A program made the position numbers and the translations under genes. This document shows, piece after piece, positions 27,377 through 40,151 of a stretch of 64,000 nt of DNA (position 1 is the stretch's first letter; each line of letters starts with the position of its first letter). Below the pieces are notes generated by a model, which was not told the origin of the DNA, did no database searches, and saw only the letters and a list, made by a program, of their open reading frames with translations. The DNA is taken from the NCBI RefSeq assembly GCF_038025025.1, contig NW_027117338.1:372001-436000 (forward strand), given 5' to 3'. The stretch is from Phyllosticta citribraziliensis. Taxonomy: Eukaryota.

Positions 27377-30300
27377 ACCCATTGGACGATCCAGACCTGC
27401 GGGAGGAATGAAATGGAAGGGGTTGACGCCCATGAGGCCGTGTCTGTGATGATGGTGATGGCGATGTCCACCAAAGTGAGGGAGCTCGGGCGGAGGGACG
27501 ATTCCCCAGTCCATGTTGTGCATACCGTCTTCATCCTCTGCTCGACTCAGTAAGCGCTGTAGATGCCGCAAGTCGCGGGACAGACTACCTTCTAGACCGG
27601 CTTCGTATGCAATCTCGTCGTCATCATAATCCTCTTCATCATCTTCTTCATCTGTCAAGGTCAGTCCAAAGGCCATTCGGCAAGTAGTGGCAAACGCGGT
27701 CGGCTCACCCTCGTCGTCTTGCATGTCATCGAGATCCTCATCGAGATAGCCTTCCGGTTGCATGCCAATCAGCGGACCTTGTCCATCCAGAATCCGGACG
27801 AGGTTGTTGATGTCTTCTGGAGGTCCGTGATCACCGACGTCGTGGTCGTCGTAGTCTTCCACGTCGTCGTCTTCGCTTGCCCACTCGTCGTCCTCGTCTC
27901 CGTTGAGGCTATCATTCATGTCGTCCCCTGTGACTTCATCCATGACTTCAATCTCGTCATCTTCGGGGCCGTCGTCGTCCACATCCTCATCATCTTCATC
28001 CATGTCCGCCGAATCGTCATCGTCTTCCATCATGCCATCCCCTTCTTCGCCTTCGATGACAATTTCCACGTCATCGCCAACGTCGCCGGGCAGGCCTTCG
28101 ATGTCGCCCATTCCCTCAATCTCCTCATCCTCGTCGCTGACGACGTCGTCTCCGTCGTGCTCCATTTCGTCTTCATAATCCATCTCTTCGTCGTACTCAT
28201 CGCCGTACAGCTCATCGTCTTCCTCCTCATCCTCGTCATCGGATTCGGTCTCTTCCTCGCGAGTTGGATCCAACATCGCGAGAGTTGAGTTGCGGAACAG
28301 GTCAGGAGTCTCCTCCCGATCCACGTCCATGTCCGTAACCGACGAGGCCGTTGAAATCTCATCTTCCTCGACCTGTCCCGGGGACCCAGAAATGTCACCG
28401 TTGAGGCTGAGATCAATGGCCGTCTGCGTGAGCAGCTTGATAGGGCGGAGGATGTACTTGACAGCACGCTTCGCGTTCGGGAAGTTGAGGTCAATATCGG
28501 CAATCGCTGTCGTAAGAGCGGTGATGAAGTTCTTCTCGTACATGATCCTGGCGAGTTGCTTTTGGGAAGCCATGACCAGGTCCATGCTGAGGCTGGTAGC
28601 ACCAGCGCCTGGCTTGGCCCAAAGCATGCGATGGAAAAGGTCTGCGAGGTTGAGAAGACGCGAGTACTTCAAGTCAAGAGGCTCATTCGACGCATAGGCA
28701 TCTTTGAAAGCCTTGAGAGCATTCTCGAGAACAAACTTCCTGACAAATTGCAGCTCGGGCTCTTCCTCGTCCTTGGCGTCGCGCTTGCCAGATCGGTGCT
28801 CGCCAGTCTTTTGGCAGAGAGCCCATATCATCGTCATGGCCCAGCTTGAGGTCGCGGCCTTCTTCTTGAAAGCCATATCCTCTCCATGCGCAAGCGTGCC
28901 GACGGGGACGAGGCTTTCGAGCATGTACTTCAGAACAGTAGAGCGGGGCTTTGACGGTGTCGTTGCCTGCGGGTCAGCTTGCCGAGAGAAAGTGACGAAC
29001 TCGACTTTCGTCTTGTTGTAAGATGAGAGCAACTCGGTCAAGCATTGCAGGATGAAGCAGCGGTAAATGTAGTGAGGGTTCTGGTCAGCCTTGAAAACAG
29101 GCTTGTCACTCTTTTCGGACTTCTTTGGCTCTTGCGGCGGCGGCGGCAGAACGATAGCCGGAGCGGATGACGTGCTGCCGGGAGTACCAGGCGTGCCTTG
29201 GTCAGCGATCTCAGACATTTCAACATCTGTGCTGGTGGGTTTGTCCTTTGCTTCTTGAGAAGGAGGCAACGGCTCCTTGTCGTTGACATCCTTGTAGGCC
29301 AGAAGCTCACAAAGCAAGTAGTGGATTACGCCGTCAGGGCTCTCAACTATCGGGGGAATGGCGTCCGCCGACTTGAGCTTCTCCGGCTCTTTGGCCTCGG
29401 TTTCGGTCGAGGGCTTGACGAGCTCTTCGTCTTTGGGCTTGGCTTGCTCAACATTGGCGCTGGCCTGATCAGGCTCTGAGGACGTTGGGTCCACTGTCGC
29501 GCTCTGCGGGTCGTCTTCCTTGAGCTGAAGCTGATACTGCTCACGAGGCCCAGGCCGCTTGAAGTCGACCAATTTTAGCTTCTCGTTGGTGGCCTCTACG
29601 AACAACTCGGGGCTTCGCAGGGCGTATTGCCACAAGTGCCGAAGGTAGTTGTTAACATCCATTTGATGAGGCCCAGTGCTGTTTCGCGGTCTGGACTCCC
29701 TCCCTCTCAAGAGCGCAATCACCTCGGTGCGCATGATTTGTCGGATTGTCTCCTCATCTTCCACAATGTGGCGCAGAATCAGCATGAAAGCGCCTTGGAG
29801 CTTGTCGTTCGTGGCTCCGCTCAGCTGCTTGATCATGACGAAAAGCCGCTGCAGATTGCGCCTCTCTCCTAGCTTGGCAGCTAGCACCCGGTTCCTGGTG
29901 AGGATGACAAGCACACGCGTGACGGACAGCGCCAGAGTCTCGTCCTTTCCAATTCGGAGGAGCACCTCAATGACTGCGTTGAAGAGCTCTTGCTTCTCTT
30001 CGAATGGAATGACTGGCTCCGGCAGTTCCGCGATTGGGCTATCGTCAGTCCCATCGTCCCTGGGAGGATTCCACTGAATCTGGTGGGGTTGAGCATCCTC
30101 TGCAAGCAACCTTTCCACGATGAGCAAGACGTTGCTGATCCAAGGAGATGTCTCGTCTCCACGCTGCTCGGGTGCTGGCTTGATGAAGCTCAACAGCGAA
30201 GAGAAGTTCTCTTTGAGATGAGGCAACGTGGCGAGGTAAAAGTCCGGCTCTTGGAGAATCAAGGCCAGCAAATGAGCGTACGAGGCAATCTTTTTGCCGA

Positions 30301-33300
30301 CCGGTCGGAGATCGTCAGCAGCTTCCAGAGAAACCAATGCATTGACGATTGTTTCTCCAACCTCGCTCCGTTGAGCAGCAGAGTCTGGCGCCTTTGCCGC
30401 TGCAGCAGAAATGAGATCTGACAAGTCGAAAGTTATGTTCTCGTGGACTTCGAGGACTCCAAGAGAGCGGTCAATGATGTCTTCTCTGATTTTGACCCTC
30501 TCCTCTTCCAGATCCTCCACTCGGACATACTCCGAGTCCTGAGGGTCCGAAGAGGGGTCGCTGCCCATGGACCAGGACGAATTTGCCAAAGCATATGCAA
30601 CGAAGCCACATCGGGTAACTTCGTCTCCTACTGGATCGGTTGTCTGCTCAGCGTCCTGCATGACGACTGATTGGCTGCCTGGCTCTTCTGCGCCGGTGTC
30701 TGATTCTGATGCGAGCGAACCCAGCGACCGAGAAATTGCGGACGAGCTGCTGTCAGTTTTGACTTCGGACTCGTAGGCGGGAATCGGATTGCGAGTACTT
30801 CTTGGGTCGTTGAGTTGTGCATTGACGTACTCTTTGGCGAAAGCAGAGTTGTCATAGCAGCGATAAAGTGCTTCTAGCGCGAGGTCCTCGGGTGCGTCGC
30901 GCTTCAACGACTCCAAGTTCTCGGAGCTGCGCGGCTTCCAGGGCTTGTAAACGAATGGGGCGCGTGCAGGAACGGTTTCAGCTCTCTTGTACGCGTCATT
31001 CTCACCTTCGCCCTCCAGAACGGTGCGTAAAATGTTGACAAGCGCCTTGACAATGGATGGAGTGGCTTTGCACATCAACTCTGTGTCCATCCAAATTCGC
31101 TCCACAGGCTTGATGACAGCCATTCGAAGTTCGATGAGGAACTGCGCAGGCAGGAAGTTGTCGGCGCGAGCCCGGGTGCGGTCTCTCGACGTCATCGAAT
31201 TGGTTTGCGGAGCATCTATGATCGCCTTGTTGTTGACGACGGGCGAATACAGAGTGAGGATAATCTTGATGGCACCAAGTGCAACGTGCAGCTGCTTCTG
31301 AATCTCTTCCGAAGACTCCTCGTTGGTGGGGGTCGCAATGATGGCCTTCGCCCTGTCGTAGAAGGCCACCAGAACCTCATTCAACTTCTCGAAGCCACCC
31401 TGGTTCATGAAGCAGTAGAGGATTGTCGTCAGCATATGAGGTGTGTGGCGGTCGCCGCCAGACCCCTCTATCATCAATGGAGATATTGACGAAAGAATGA
31501 CAATCCAGTACGCAGAGCGGTCTTTTTCGTCAGCTGAACGCTTTGGGACTTCATAAGACAGCTGGTCCATGGCAAGTTTAGCAAGCTGGTGTGCAACGAT
31601 GATGGCATGCTGCTTCTGCGAATAGTCTTGGGTTCTCCTGAAGAGGAGGCACTTTCCAACGGCCTGGAGGAAATTGGGAACATGCATCTGCACCTGACTG
31701 AGGAGGAAGCGCAACGTCTGGGTGTTTTTGTACTGGGCACTCGACTTGTCGGGACTTGGCGCGGGCTGGCTGGCATTGCCCTCACCGCTGTTGGCGCGAC
31801 TCAACGGTTGGCCCTGGGAGTCTGTTTCTGCGGTCGTCTGATCCGCGTTGTTGTCCGACGTGTTTGGTCGAGCGAGCCGCAAAATGTCGTTGGCCTCGTC
31901 AATGATGAAGCCACCGGTGGTTTTGACTCTTGTCGCCTTCTCCCAATCCGGGGGAATTTCCTTTTGAAGCAGAATCTCTTCCCATATACATCTGCGATGC
32001 AGTCTACCGAGGCTATCGATCACCCGGGCGTACATGTCAGCGAGGTTGACTTGGCTGAAGATGTTGGGCGTGCCACGGTGGCTGTAAATCGATCCTTGCA
32101 ACGAGTACGTCAAGGCATCGCTGAGCGTAATGACGGCGACAAGAGCCTTGGCGTATGTAGTGCCTCTTGCAGCAATATCTTTGTGCAAGCTCTGATCTAC
32201 GTTGCCATTGGTGAACACCAGGAGATGGGCAGAATCGGACTCATCTTGCATCAGAGGCTCGAGGTCATCACAAGCGCTTTGCAGTCGCTTGAGAAGCGAA
32301 GGAACAGCGAGGTGGGGCTTCGTCTCCACCAGCTGTGTGCACAAACGACTGAGGTCTTCGCAGGCGACAAAGAATTCGGTGAAGTTGTAAGGAAGACATG
32401 GCAATGTTGCAAAGTCGATTGCAAATTCCAGTCCGCCCTCCTCAATGAATGCCGAGCAAAGCCCGTCGTTGACAAAAAAGCCTTCCAGAAACTTGCAGGT
32501 TGCAGTGATGAACTCCATTGATGTGGGTCCATTTTTGGGCTCTTCGTTTTCGATGACTTGGTCGATGCTCACAGATGCCTCGGCCGGATCCGTTGCGGCT
32601 TCAGGAGCGTCGGTCATTTCCACATCATTCGAGTCGGTCTTCTCCGCAGCGTCGCGTCTCTTCTTGTGAAGTGGCCCTTCTTTTCCTTTCAACGCTTGCT
32701 TTCCACCAGCAACGACAATGCGACCATCGGCAGAGTTGAGCCAAAGTTTGGCTCCCACTCCTTTCTCGGCAGAACGCAAGAAGCAAAGTCTACCCACGTC
32801 GGCGACCATCTTCTTGACGGAGTTGAGAACAGACGATTTGAGGGTCGGATGGTGCCGCACAAGCTCATCAAAGGATTGTCCGAGTGAAGATGCTGTCTCA
32901 CCGTCGACTTCAATGGCCTTGACGTGCGCAGGGCTTGTGAAGACCTCGAAGAAGCTTTCAAGGGCTGTGGAACGCTTGAACAAGTTAAGACCGGCTTCCA
33001 CAAGACAGATTGCACCAAATGCAGGAGGGACGGCGGATATCGCTTCGGCAACTGGAAGAATTCCTCCCGCCTGCTGCAACTGCGATTCGGCATCCGCTTC
33101 AGCTTGAGAAGTCGACGACTCTGACGGACCTGCTGCTTCTGCCTCCTTCTGGGCATCTCCAGACTGTGATGCTTCAGGAATCACCTTCTGCGTTACCGTC
33201 TCCAGGAATGTCTTGGGCAGGCCGGCCTCCGCAATGATGGAGTAGCTTGTGGGCTCGTGGTGGATGAAGTTGGACAGAATGTTCACTGCCATGCTCCATA

Positions 33301-35415
33301 CGGTGCTCCCAAAGACTTTCGGCTTGGAAAGGACTGTACGAAGGCCGTTTAGCAGTTGCGGCGAGTCCATCAAGTTTCGGAGAAGACGGTCAATTCCACC
33401 ACCTCCCTGAGTCATCATATGACTGATGAACTTGAATAGCCAGCGAAGAGTTTGTTGAGGATAGAAACCGATGGCGTAGTCAGTGTGCTGTGTCTTGTAT
33501 TGCGCGGGCATGCCGTCATTATTCTCAACCCTCTCGAGAGCTTTGGCAACTTGGTAGCCAGCGAGGTCAGCAATTGCGTCAAGCCCTTTGGCTGTGACAA
33601 AGGCTTGAAAAGCATCTCGAATGCTGAAGGCAAACGTGTCGAAAAAGCTGAGCACCCTCGGAAAGTAGCGTTCAGCCGTGTTTGTGCGAAGCTTCAGAAC
33701 TTCTACGAAGATATCGAAGAGGCCTGCAGCGACCATGCTTTCTCCAACACGACTTGCAGAATTGGGGACGTTGGTGAGCAGCATGAACAATGACTCTCGC
33801 CACTCGTCGTCCTCCAGCCTGTCAGAAACTTCGTCTTGGGCAAGCTCTGAAACAGCCTTGCGAGCCACGTAAAAGAGGACTCCGTGATTAACGTTCAGGC
33901 TGAGAGCCGCTTGGAGGTCTGGGGCCTTGCTCTTCTGCTTTGTCAAGGCTTCCAAGGTCTGGAGAGCAACAGTTTGGAGCTCTCTTGAGGCACCAACTTG
34001 CCCTTCAGCGGGTGGATGAATCAACTCAGACAATTGATAAGCGATTTGCAAAGGTCGAGGCTCGTCCCCATCTTGCTGTCCAATTTTCTGGTGAAATGCG
34101 GGATCGAACTGGACATAAGCCAGGTTGGCGATGGCCAACAAGCGGACGGCGACTATGTCCTCGCGGGCCTTTCGGTCTGATACGAGAGCTTTGGCAACGC
34201 GCAGCCTGTGCAGAAGCTCGTAACGCGTGTCGAGTGGGATGTCGGACTGGTAAGACTGGATGATGTCATGGACGGGCTTTGACAATACCTCTTGGCTTAA
34301 AACTTCGACAAACTTGGGCCCCGGCCGAGCAGTATCGATTTGTGGCGTGGTTGGGGTTGCAGGCGTGCGAGGGGATGACTCTTGTTGTCCTACTCGAGGT
34401 TGCCTGGGTGTTGTCTGAGGTCCAAGATTCGAGGTGCGCCGGACCGGCGTAGGAGTGCTGGGTCCGGCAGCGACCGCAGCAGCAGGCTCCTGGGGGTTTG
34501 ATTTGCCGGCGTCGTCCTTGTCACTGGAAGGAGTCTCGTAGTAAGTCAGGAAGACACCACCCCATTCGTGCTGCAGCGACGGCGAAATCTCTTCATGCTT
34601 AACCTTTCCCACTAGGTCTGCCACATGCGCCTTTTCACCTTCGTCGGCAGTGGGAGTGGAAGACTTTTCCTTGGCCTTACCAGCCACACCAGCAGTCGAG
34701 GGGCTCTTAGCAAAGGGCAAAGCGATCTTGTGGAGTTTTTCCAAATTAATGTTGTAGAGACTCTGCAAAAGACCACTTTGGAACGTAGAGGTGGAGCCGA
34801 GACGATTTCGAGAAGTGTGGTATCTTTGGGCCAGACGGAGAGTCAGACGCAGGGTAGTCCTCAGCAAAGACAGGTCGGAAGTGTTGAGCAATTTGCTCAA
34901 GTGTTCGCTGCTAGCGTACAAGCTGCGATTGCCACAATTCTCCAAAAGCAGCTTGGTAAACTTGACGACATGCTCAACCAACTCCCTGTCACCGTCACTT
35001 GCGAAGCCTGCGCTGTCGAGCTCCTCGGGAGTAGCTGAGCAGTCAACTGTGGGCTTGGCATCTTCCGGGACCCCTCTCAAGAGAAGCCGCCGCTCAAACG
35101 GCTGTGCCTGGGGACCTTCTCCGAGTCCATATTCATTCGCAAATGCCTCCAATATGGTGTCGAAGAGGTTGAGAGTCGGTATCCAATGGTACAGGTCGCC
35201 TCTTGGGAAAGGCCATCGGCGGGGGAAAGAGTTCAGGTGAGAGGGGAGCTTGTGCAAGGGAACCGCGAGGCTCTCTTTGATGAAGTTGGAGATGAAAGGA
35301 GACTGGAAGCAGGGAGTCAGCGCTGCCGATTTTCACGTTGAAATAGATCATGATGTGGGAGACATACCAGGGTCGCGTCATGCTTGGGTGTTGCGACCTT
35401 TTTGATCCTCCCCAT
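23106..35415 (-). CDS. TOM1: HECT E3 ubiquitin ligase Tom1/HUWE1, ~4001 aa; exons 35415-35368, 35302-27709, 27651-27589, 27537-27379, 27299-23598, 23545-23106
   Basis: N-terminal [12 protein letters not shown] (DUF908-like), long armadillo-type body, acidic tract, and UBM-like [11 protein letters not shown] / [11 protein letters not shown]. The HECT domain has [15 protein letters not shown], catalytic [13 protein letters not shown] and C-terminal FGFA. Exons sum to 12006 nt. Confidence 0.96.
27337..27373. repeat. poly(A)37 (poly-U on the TOM1 transcript) inside intron 27300-27378
   Basis: Homopolymer read directly, immediately after the GTGAG donor on the minus strand. Confidence 0.9.
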
Positions 35416-36145
35416 GATAGAAACCACAACCTGGAAGGTCGACCTTCCCACACCCAAAGGTTACTTTCCAGCTGGAGGCAAAAAATCCGCTTGCCCGCCT
35501 GTAGACTGGGGAATCGTGAGGCAGTTGAGTTGTCTTCGCCTTGGCAGTAGTCGAGGCGGCGGAGCTTGGACGTGGCAACGGAAAGGGCAGTCGGGTCGAG
35601 GTGGTGGTGAAGATTGTGAGGGACGGGCGGGATGCACGTGTCGGAAGCTGTATCAAGGTAGAGACGGCCGTTTGTCGACGTGGCCGTTGAGCAACAAGCG
35701 CGGGTTGTCGTGAAAATCGCAAGAGTCGGGAAGTTGGTCGGCAGAGGTCAGACACGGGCTACGACGGGCGGGAGGAGAAAGGTGCAGGGACTCCTCCACG
35801 GTGATCGTGTAGAACAAGAGTCTGGCCAGGCAAACCAATGCAACGTGCAGCTTGTGCGGATGGGAGAGGCGACGAAAGGGTGGGGAGGTGATGTTGCGGA
35901 GGAGGGCTCTTTGCCAACTGCTTGAGCCTGCGATGAGGTAGAACCGCGTTCGGGCTCAACCGCGGTTTAGCCGGCCGTGACGCATGCCGCACGGGCCACC
36001 CACCCGCAGGAGTGAGCTCAACGGTCGCTACAGCCAAGGTACAACACAACGCCCTTTGGACCTCAGATCATGAATGAACCAAACTATCCTATCGCTTCGA
36101 TGGCTACATGATTCCTGACGCGCCTCCTCGCCCTTCGTCCGGCTC

Positions 36146-36595
36146 TCACTCCGTCTCCTGAAGACCACCAACCGGAATTTCCTCATCCCTCTGGGCTCTC
36201 TGGCCATGTGTCCACTCGCTCGTCCCACTGGCATTTCCGGCCTCTGCGCGCCCCTCTGCCAGTCTCAGCGTCTCTTCTACCACCAGCAGGTCGTGCTCAA
36301 TCATCTCGGCCCAGTTTTGTAGGTCTCCCATTTCATTCAGCTTCTTCACGTTCTGGTGTGCAAGCTTCTCCCACTTGGCCGTCTCCTTCGCCAGCGCCGC
36401 CGTCTGCTTCGCGAGTTCCTTTTCCTGCTTCTCGATGGTGGCTGCATTGGCGTGGATGTCGGCTGCTCGTGTGCGCACTTTGGTGTCCATCGATCCGCCG
36501 ACTGAGGAGAGGGAAGCCGTCACGGCAGCTCGAGCTTCGGCTATGCGCTGCTCATTTTCGGTTTGTTTTGCTTGGGGTGTGCTTTGGGACGACAT
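36146..36595 (-). CDS. BLOC-1 subunit 1 / GCN5L1-like coiled-coil protein, ~149 aa
   Basis: Coiled coil followed by KLNEMGDLQNWAEMIEHDL, which matches the GCN5L1/BLOS1 motif LKExGDxxNWAxxIExD. Start taken at MSSQST. The C-terminal end is less certain. Confidence 0.82.
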   Translation of the reverse strand: MSSQSTPQAKQTENEQRIAEARAAVTASLSSVGGSMDTKVRTRAADIHANAATIEKQEKELAKQTAALAKETAKWEKLAHQNVKKLNEMGDLQNWAEMIEHDLLVVEETLRLAEGRAEAGNASGTSEWTHGQRAQRDEEIPVGGLQETE

Positions 36596-38116
36596 TTCGA
36601 TGCTCCGGCCTGAAATTGTTTTGAGCGAAAGCTTCGTCTTTGTCGATGACTTTGGCGACGTTCGCGGAGGGACCAGTCGGAACAGAGTTGCAGCTGATGG
36701 CTTTCCGTGTCCTTGGACTGTGTTTTCCACACTCTGCGCTTTACCGCAATCATCTGATCTGTCCACCCACTGCGCTGCATAAGCGCTTCCTCAGCCGCAG
36801 TGACAAGCTTAGCTGCAGGACAGGTCACAATCATGTGACCCTCATGAAACCTTTCCCAATGGCACACTCGGAAGACACAAGATATCTATCCGAGTGAATG
36901 ACGCGATGGATGAATTGGACGAACATACCGAGACATGGACTGCTGAACAATTTCGTTACGCTGAGCTGAGCAAGAGGCAAAAGCAGCTTGCCAGCCGCGA
37001 AGTTTGCAAACGCAGAACAACCGACAAACTGAACTTTCCAACCAAGCTCCCAATATCACAAGACACTATTCCAGACAAGTTCTTGTGGTGAGGAAATCTT
37101 TGGCAAACTCCAACGTGCGATTGTTTTGACACGGAACTTGCACCCCTGTACCGAACCTCAGTGCATCCTTTTTCTCTCTTGGAGATGGAATCTGCTGGCT
37201 CAACTGCATGCGAAGTCTCACCTTTGAGAGAAGAATCGTGGCAATTCAAGGCACGAGACAGGGGCAACTCAGTCGCGCAGTCACGTTGAATTCTCGTGGT
37301 CCGGGCTTTTGCGCGGCGAAACGAGCAACCTGCGACACACCTCCGCGATTTTGTTCTTCTGGCAACCCGCCCCTTTGCATGATCTCCGTCGCTCGGCTCC
37401 ACTCCAAATACGAAGCGAGATGACAGATACTAAGTCATCTACTGAGGCGCTGAAATCACCCCAAAGATGGGATGGCTCCCAAAGTGGACATGGAGCTCGA
37501 CATGTCACGCCTGTTCAGTTTACCCGAACTGTTGATCCCGAAAGACGAACCAGCCAAAATGCACCTCGTCAATGCAAGCACAGTGGGTACGAAATGTGCT
37601 CATTACCGTAGATGAAGCTAGGGAGCTGTCGTTCGCTGCCACAATTACGTCTAGGGAGCGGTCATTCACCACCGCAGAATGCCCAGAGAGTACCGTTTAC
37701 CTCGACCTCAACTGAGCAAGAATCTGTTTTGATTACCTCATGATACAGAACACCCAGCCAGCTGCCTGGTTTGTCTACTTCCGATGCGGGGCATGTAGTC
37801 CTTCTATACTTCTGAGACTGTGCACCGCGAAGCGCCTGGGATACGCAAGCGATGGCCCGCGGAGCGGTCGTTGCAGGGGCCTGACGTCTGGAGGTATTAC
37901 TACCCCTTCGCCTCCCCAGTCTCGGAGCCACAATTTGCCCATTTGTTGTGCAGCACACAAGATCGGCTCTCTTGTGCTTTGTGGCGACTTTCTAGTGTTT
38001 CGTTCGATTCCCTTCTTGTCGCTCTCGTCGGCCGGACATTCTTTAAACAGCAGTCGAACTTGAAGAAAAGTCACATCGAGCAGGCTCGAGTGCATTACTG
38101 GCTTTTCTCATCAATC

Positions 38117-39341
38117 ATGAAGTCGTCGACTCTTCTTGGCCTCGCGGCTACGATTTTTGCTACAAGTGCGCTGGCAGCGCCGACAGCGAGAGCAGCGAGT
38201 TCTTACCCAACCACAAATGGATTGAAGTTCACGATTGACGGCACATCGAAATACTTTGCTGGCACCAACAGCTACTGGATTGGATTTTTGACGAACGATG
38301 CCGACGTCGATACCTCTCTGGACCAAATCAAGGCCTCTGGATTGAAGATTCTCCGTGTTTGGGGCTTCAACGATGTGAACACAGAGCCCACTGATGGCAC
38401 TGTTTGGTTCCAGTCGTTTGTGACAGGGAAAGATCCGGTCATCAACACGGGATTCGATGGTTTGCAGCGCCTGGACTATGTTGTCAAAGCAGCTGAATCG
38501 CGAGGAATCAAGCTCATCATCAACTTTGTCAACAACTGGACCGACTATGGTGGAATGGCTGCCTACATGAACTACTACGGCGGCTCGGAAAACCCAGAGT
38601 GGTACAACAACACCTCGATCCAGACGCAATACAAAAAGTACATCAAGACTGTTGTGTCTCGCTACAGCAACTCGAGCGCCGTCTTTGCCTGGGAACTGGC
38701 GAATGAGCCGCGCTGCAATGGCTGTGAAACAGTATACCTTGCGCCTACCCACGGTTGATAGTACGACGCTGATCTTTCACAGTCAGTGATTTACGACTGG
38801 GCTTCTTCCACCAGCAAGTACATCAAGGAGCTTGACCCGAACCACATGGTCACGTTGGGAGATGAAGGTTTCGGACTCACTGGCGGCGACGGCAGCTACC
38901 CATACACGTATGGCGAAGGTGTGGACTTTGAGAAGAACCTCAAAATTGAAACACTCGACTTTGGAACTTTGCACTTGTACCCATCCAGCTGTGAGTACCT
39001 ACCAGATTCCGTTGCGATGGAGACAAGCACTGACGAGGAATCCAGGGAGTCAATCCAACGAGCCTTTTGGCAGTGAATGGATCCAGGCACATGGAAAGGC
39101 CTGCGCTGCAGCAAACAAGCCGTGTCTCCTTGAGGAATACGGTGTCTCGTCGGACAAGTGCAATGTCGAGGGCAAATGGCAGACAGTTGCGTTGAACGCT
39201 TCTGGCATTGCTGCTGACCTGTTCTGGGACTTTGGTACCACCTTGAGCTCTGGACAGACTTCTGACGACGGCAACACTATCTTCTACAACTCTACCCAGT
39301 GGACTTGCTTGGTCGAGGACCACCAGACAAACATTGGCTAG
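38117..39341 (+). CDS. Secreted endo-beta-1,4-mannanase, GH5 (subfamily 7-like), ~372 aa, no CBM1; exons 38117-38731, 38783-38990, 39046-39341
   Basis: Signal peptide [20 protein letters not shown]. Motifs [33 protein letters not shown] (acid/base Glu), TLGDEG, HLYP and PCLLEEYG (nucleophile Glu). Confidence 0.94.
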
Positions 39342-40000
39342 AGAACAGCTAGGGTTCATGTTATTGAAAAAGAGCTTGGTTTCCCCGTCTGCAAGATTAC
39401 TTCTCATCTGGAAATATTTCTGTACGCTCAATCATCGGCATTCTTTCACAGCATCCGAACTATAAATTCAATGCCCATCAGTGATTTGTGGACAATCTCA
39501 CGGTCCAGGAGTTTGATTATTCTTGTGTTCCCGCAGGCGGAGCGAGCGAGCTCTCAACACGCGACAAGCCAACTCCCGCGATCCAAAGATCCAGAGCAAT
39601 TAAGCCCTACAGCTCGGCTCGTTCCCGATTCTTCAATGGGTGATCTCGAATCACGCACTGGCCTTGGATCCGCCGCCAAGCCGTTTCGCTTATACCGACT
39701 TCATGCAGCCACTGCGTTGCAACACCCCTAAGCGCTCTATGCCTTCGCTTAAGCTCCCATCATGGAGAAATTGTTTGACATCTCGTCGGCTACGCCAGAA
39801 ACAAAGTGTGCCAAGAAGCTTGAAAACAAGCGTAGTCCTGTAACCGCCCTATGGAAGGCAGAGAGCCACATGAAGGACCGCCCAACCGGCAGTAGGCGCC
39901 GGCTTCGATGCCACAACCGGAAAGAAGCGATAGAACTCCACCGGCCGCAAGTATCACGAGAGCAATGAGCGAAAGGGGCGTTATTCTCTTTGTTCCACGA

Positions 40001-40006
40001 TATAAA
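40001..40006 (+). promoter_or_regulatory. Candidate TATA box of the AA9 gene
   Basis: TATAAA about 150 nt upstream of ATG 40152, followed by a pyrimidine-rich leader. Confidence 0.45.
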
Positions 40007-40151
40007 ACGCCGAGCTGCCTTGGGATGTGATTCTCGGCCTCACCACTTTCTATCATTTTCTTCACTTCAGCAACCTGTCGCCGGACGACTATTCTCATTC
40101 GCTCCCTTGCAAGATTTCAATTCAGTGCCTTCTCCTCTGCAGCGCAGCAAA

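Noticed and set aside
30545..30640. Possible extra in-frame intron in TOM1 ([19 protein letters not shown])
   Set aside because: No convincing donor or branch point found; left as coding.
16337..36595. AP-3 sigma and BLOC-1 subunit in one window as a trafficking cluster
   Set aside because: They are 19 kb apart with unrelated genes between them, which is compatible with chance.
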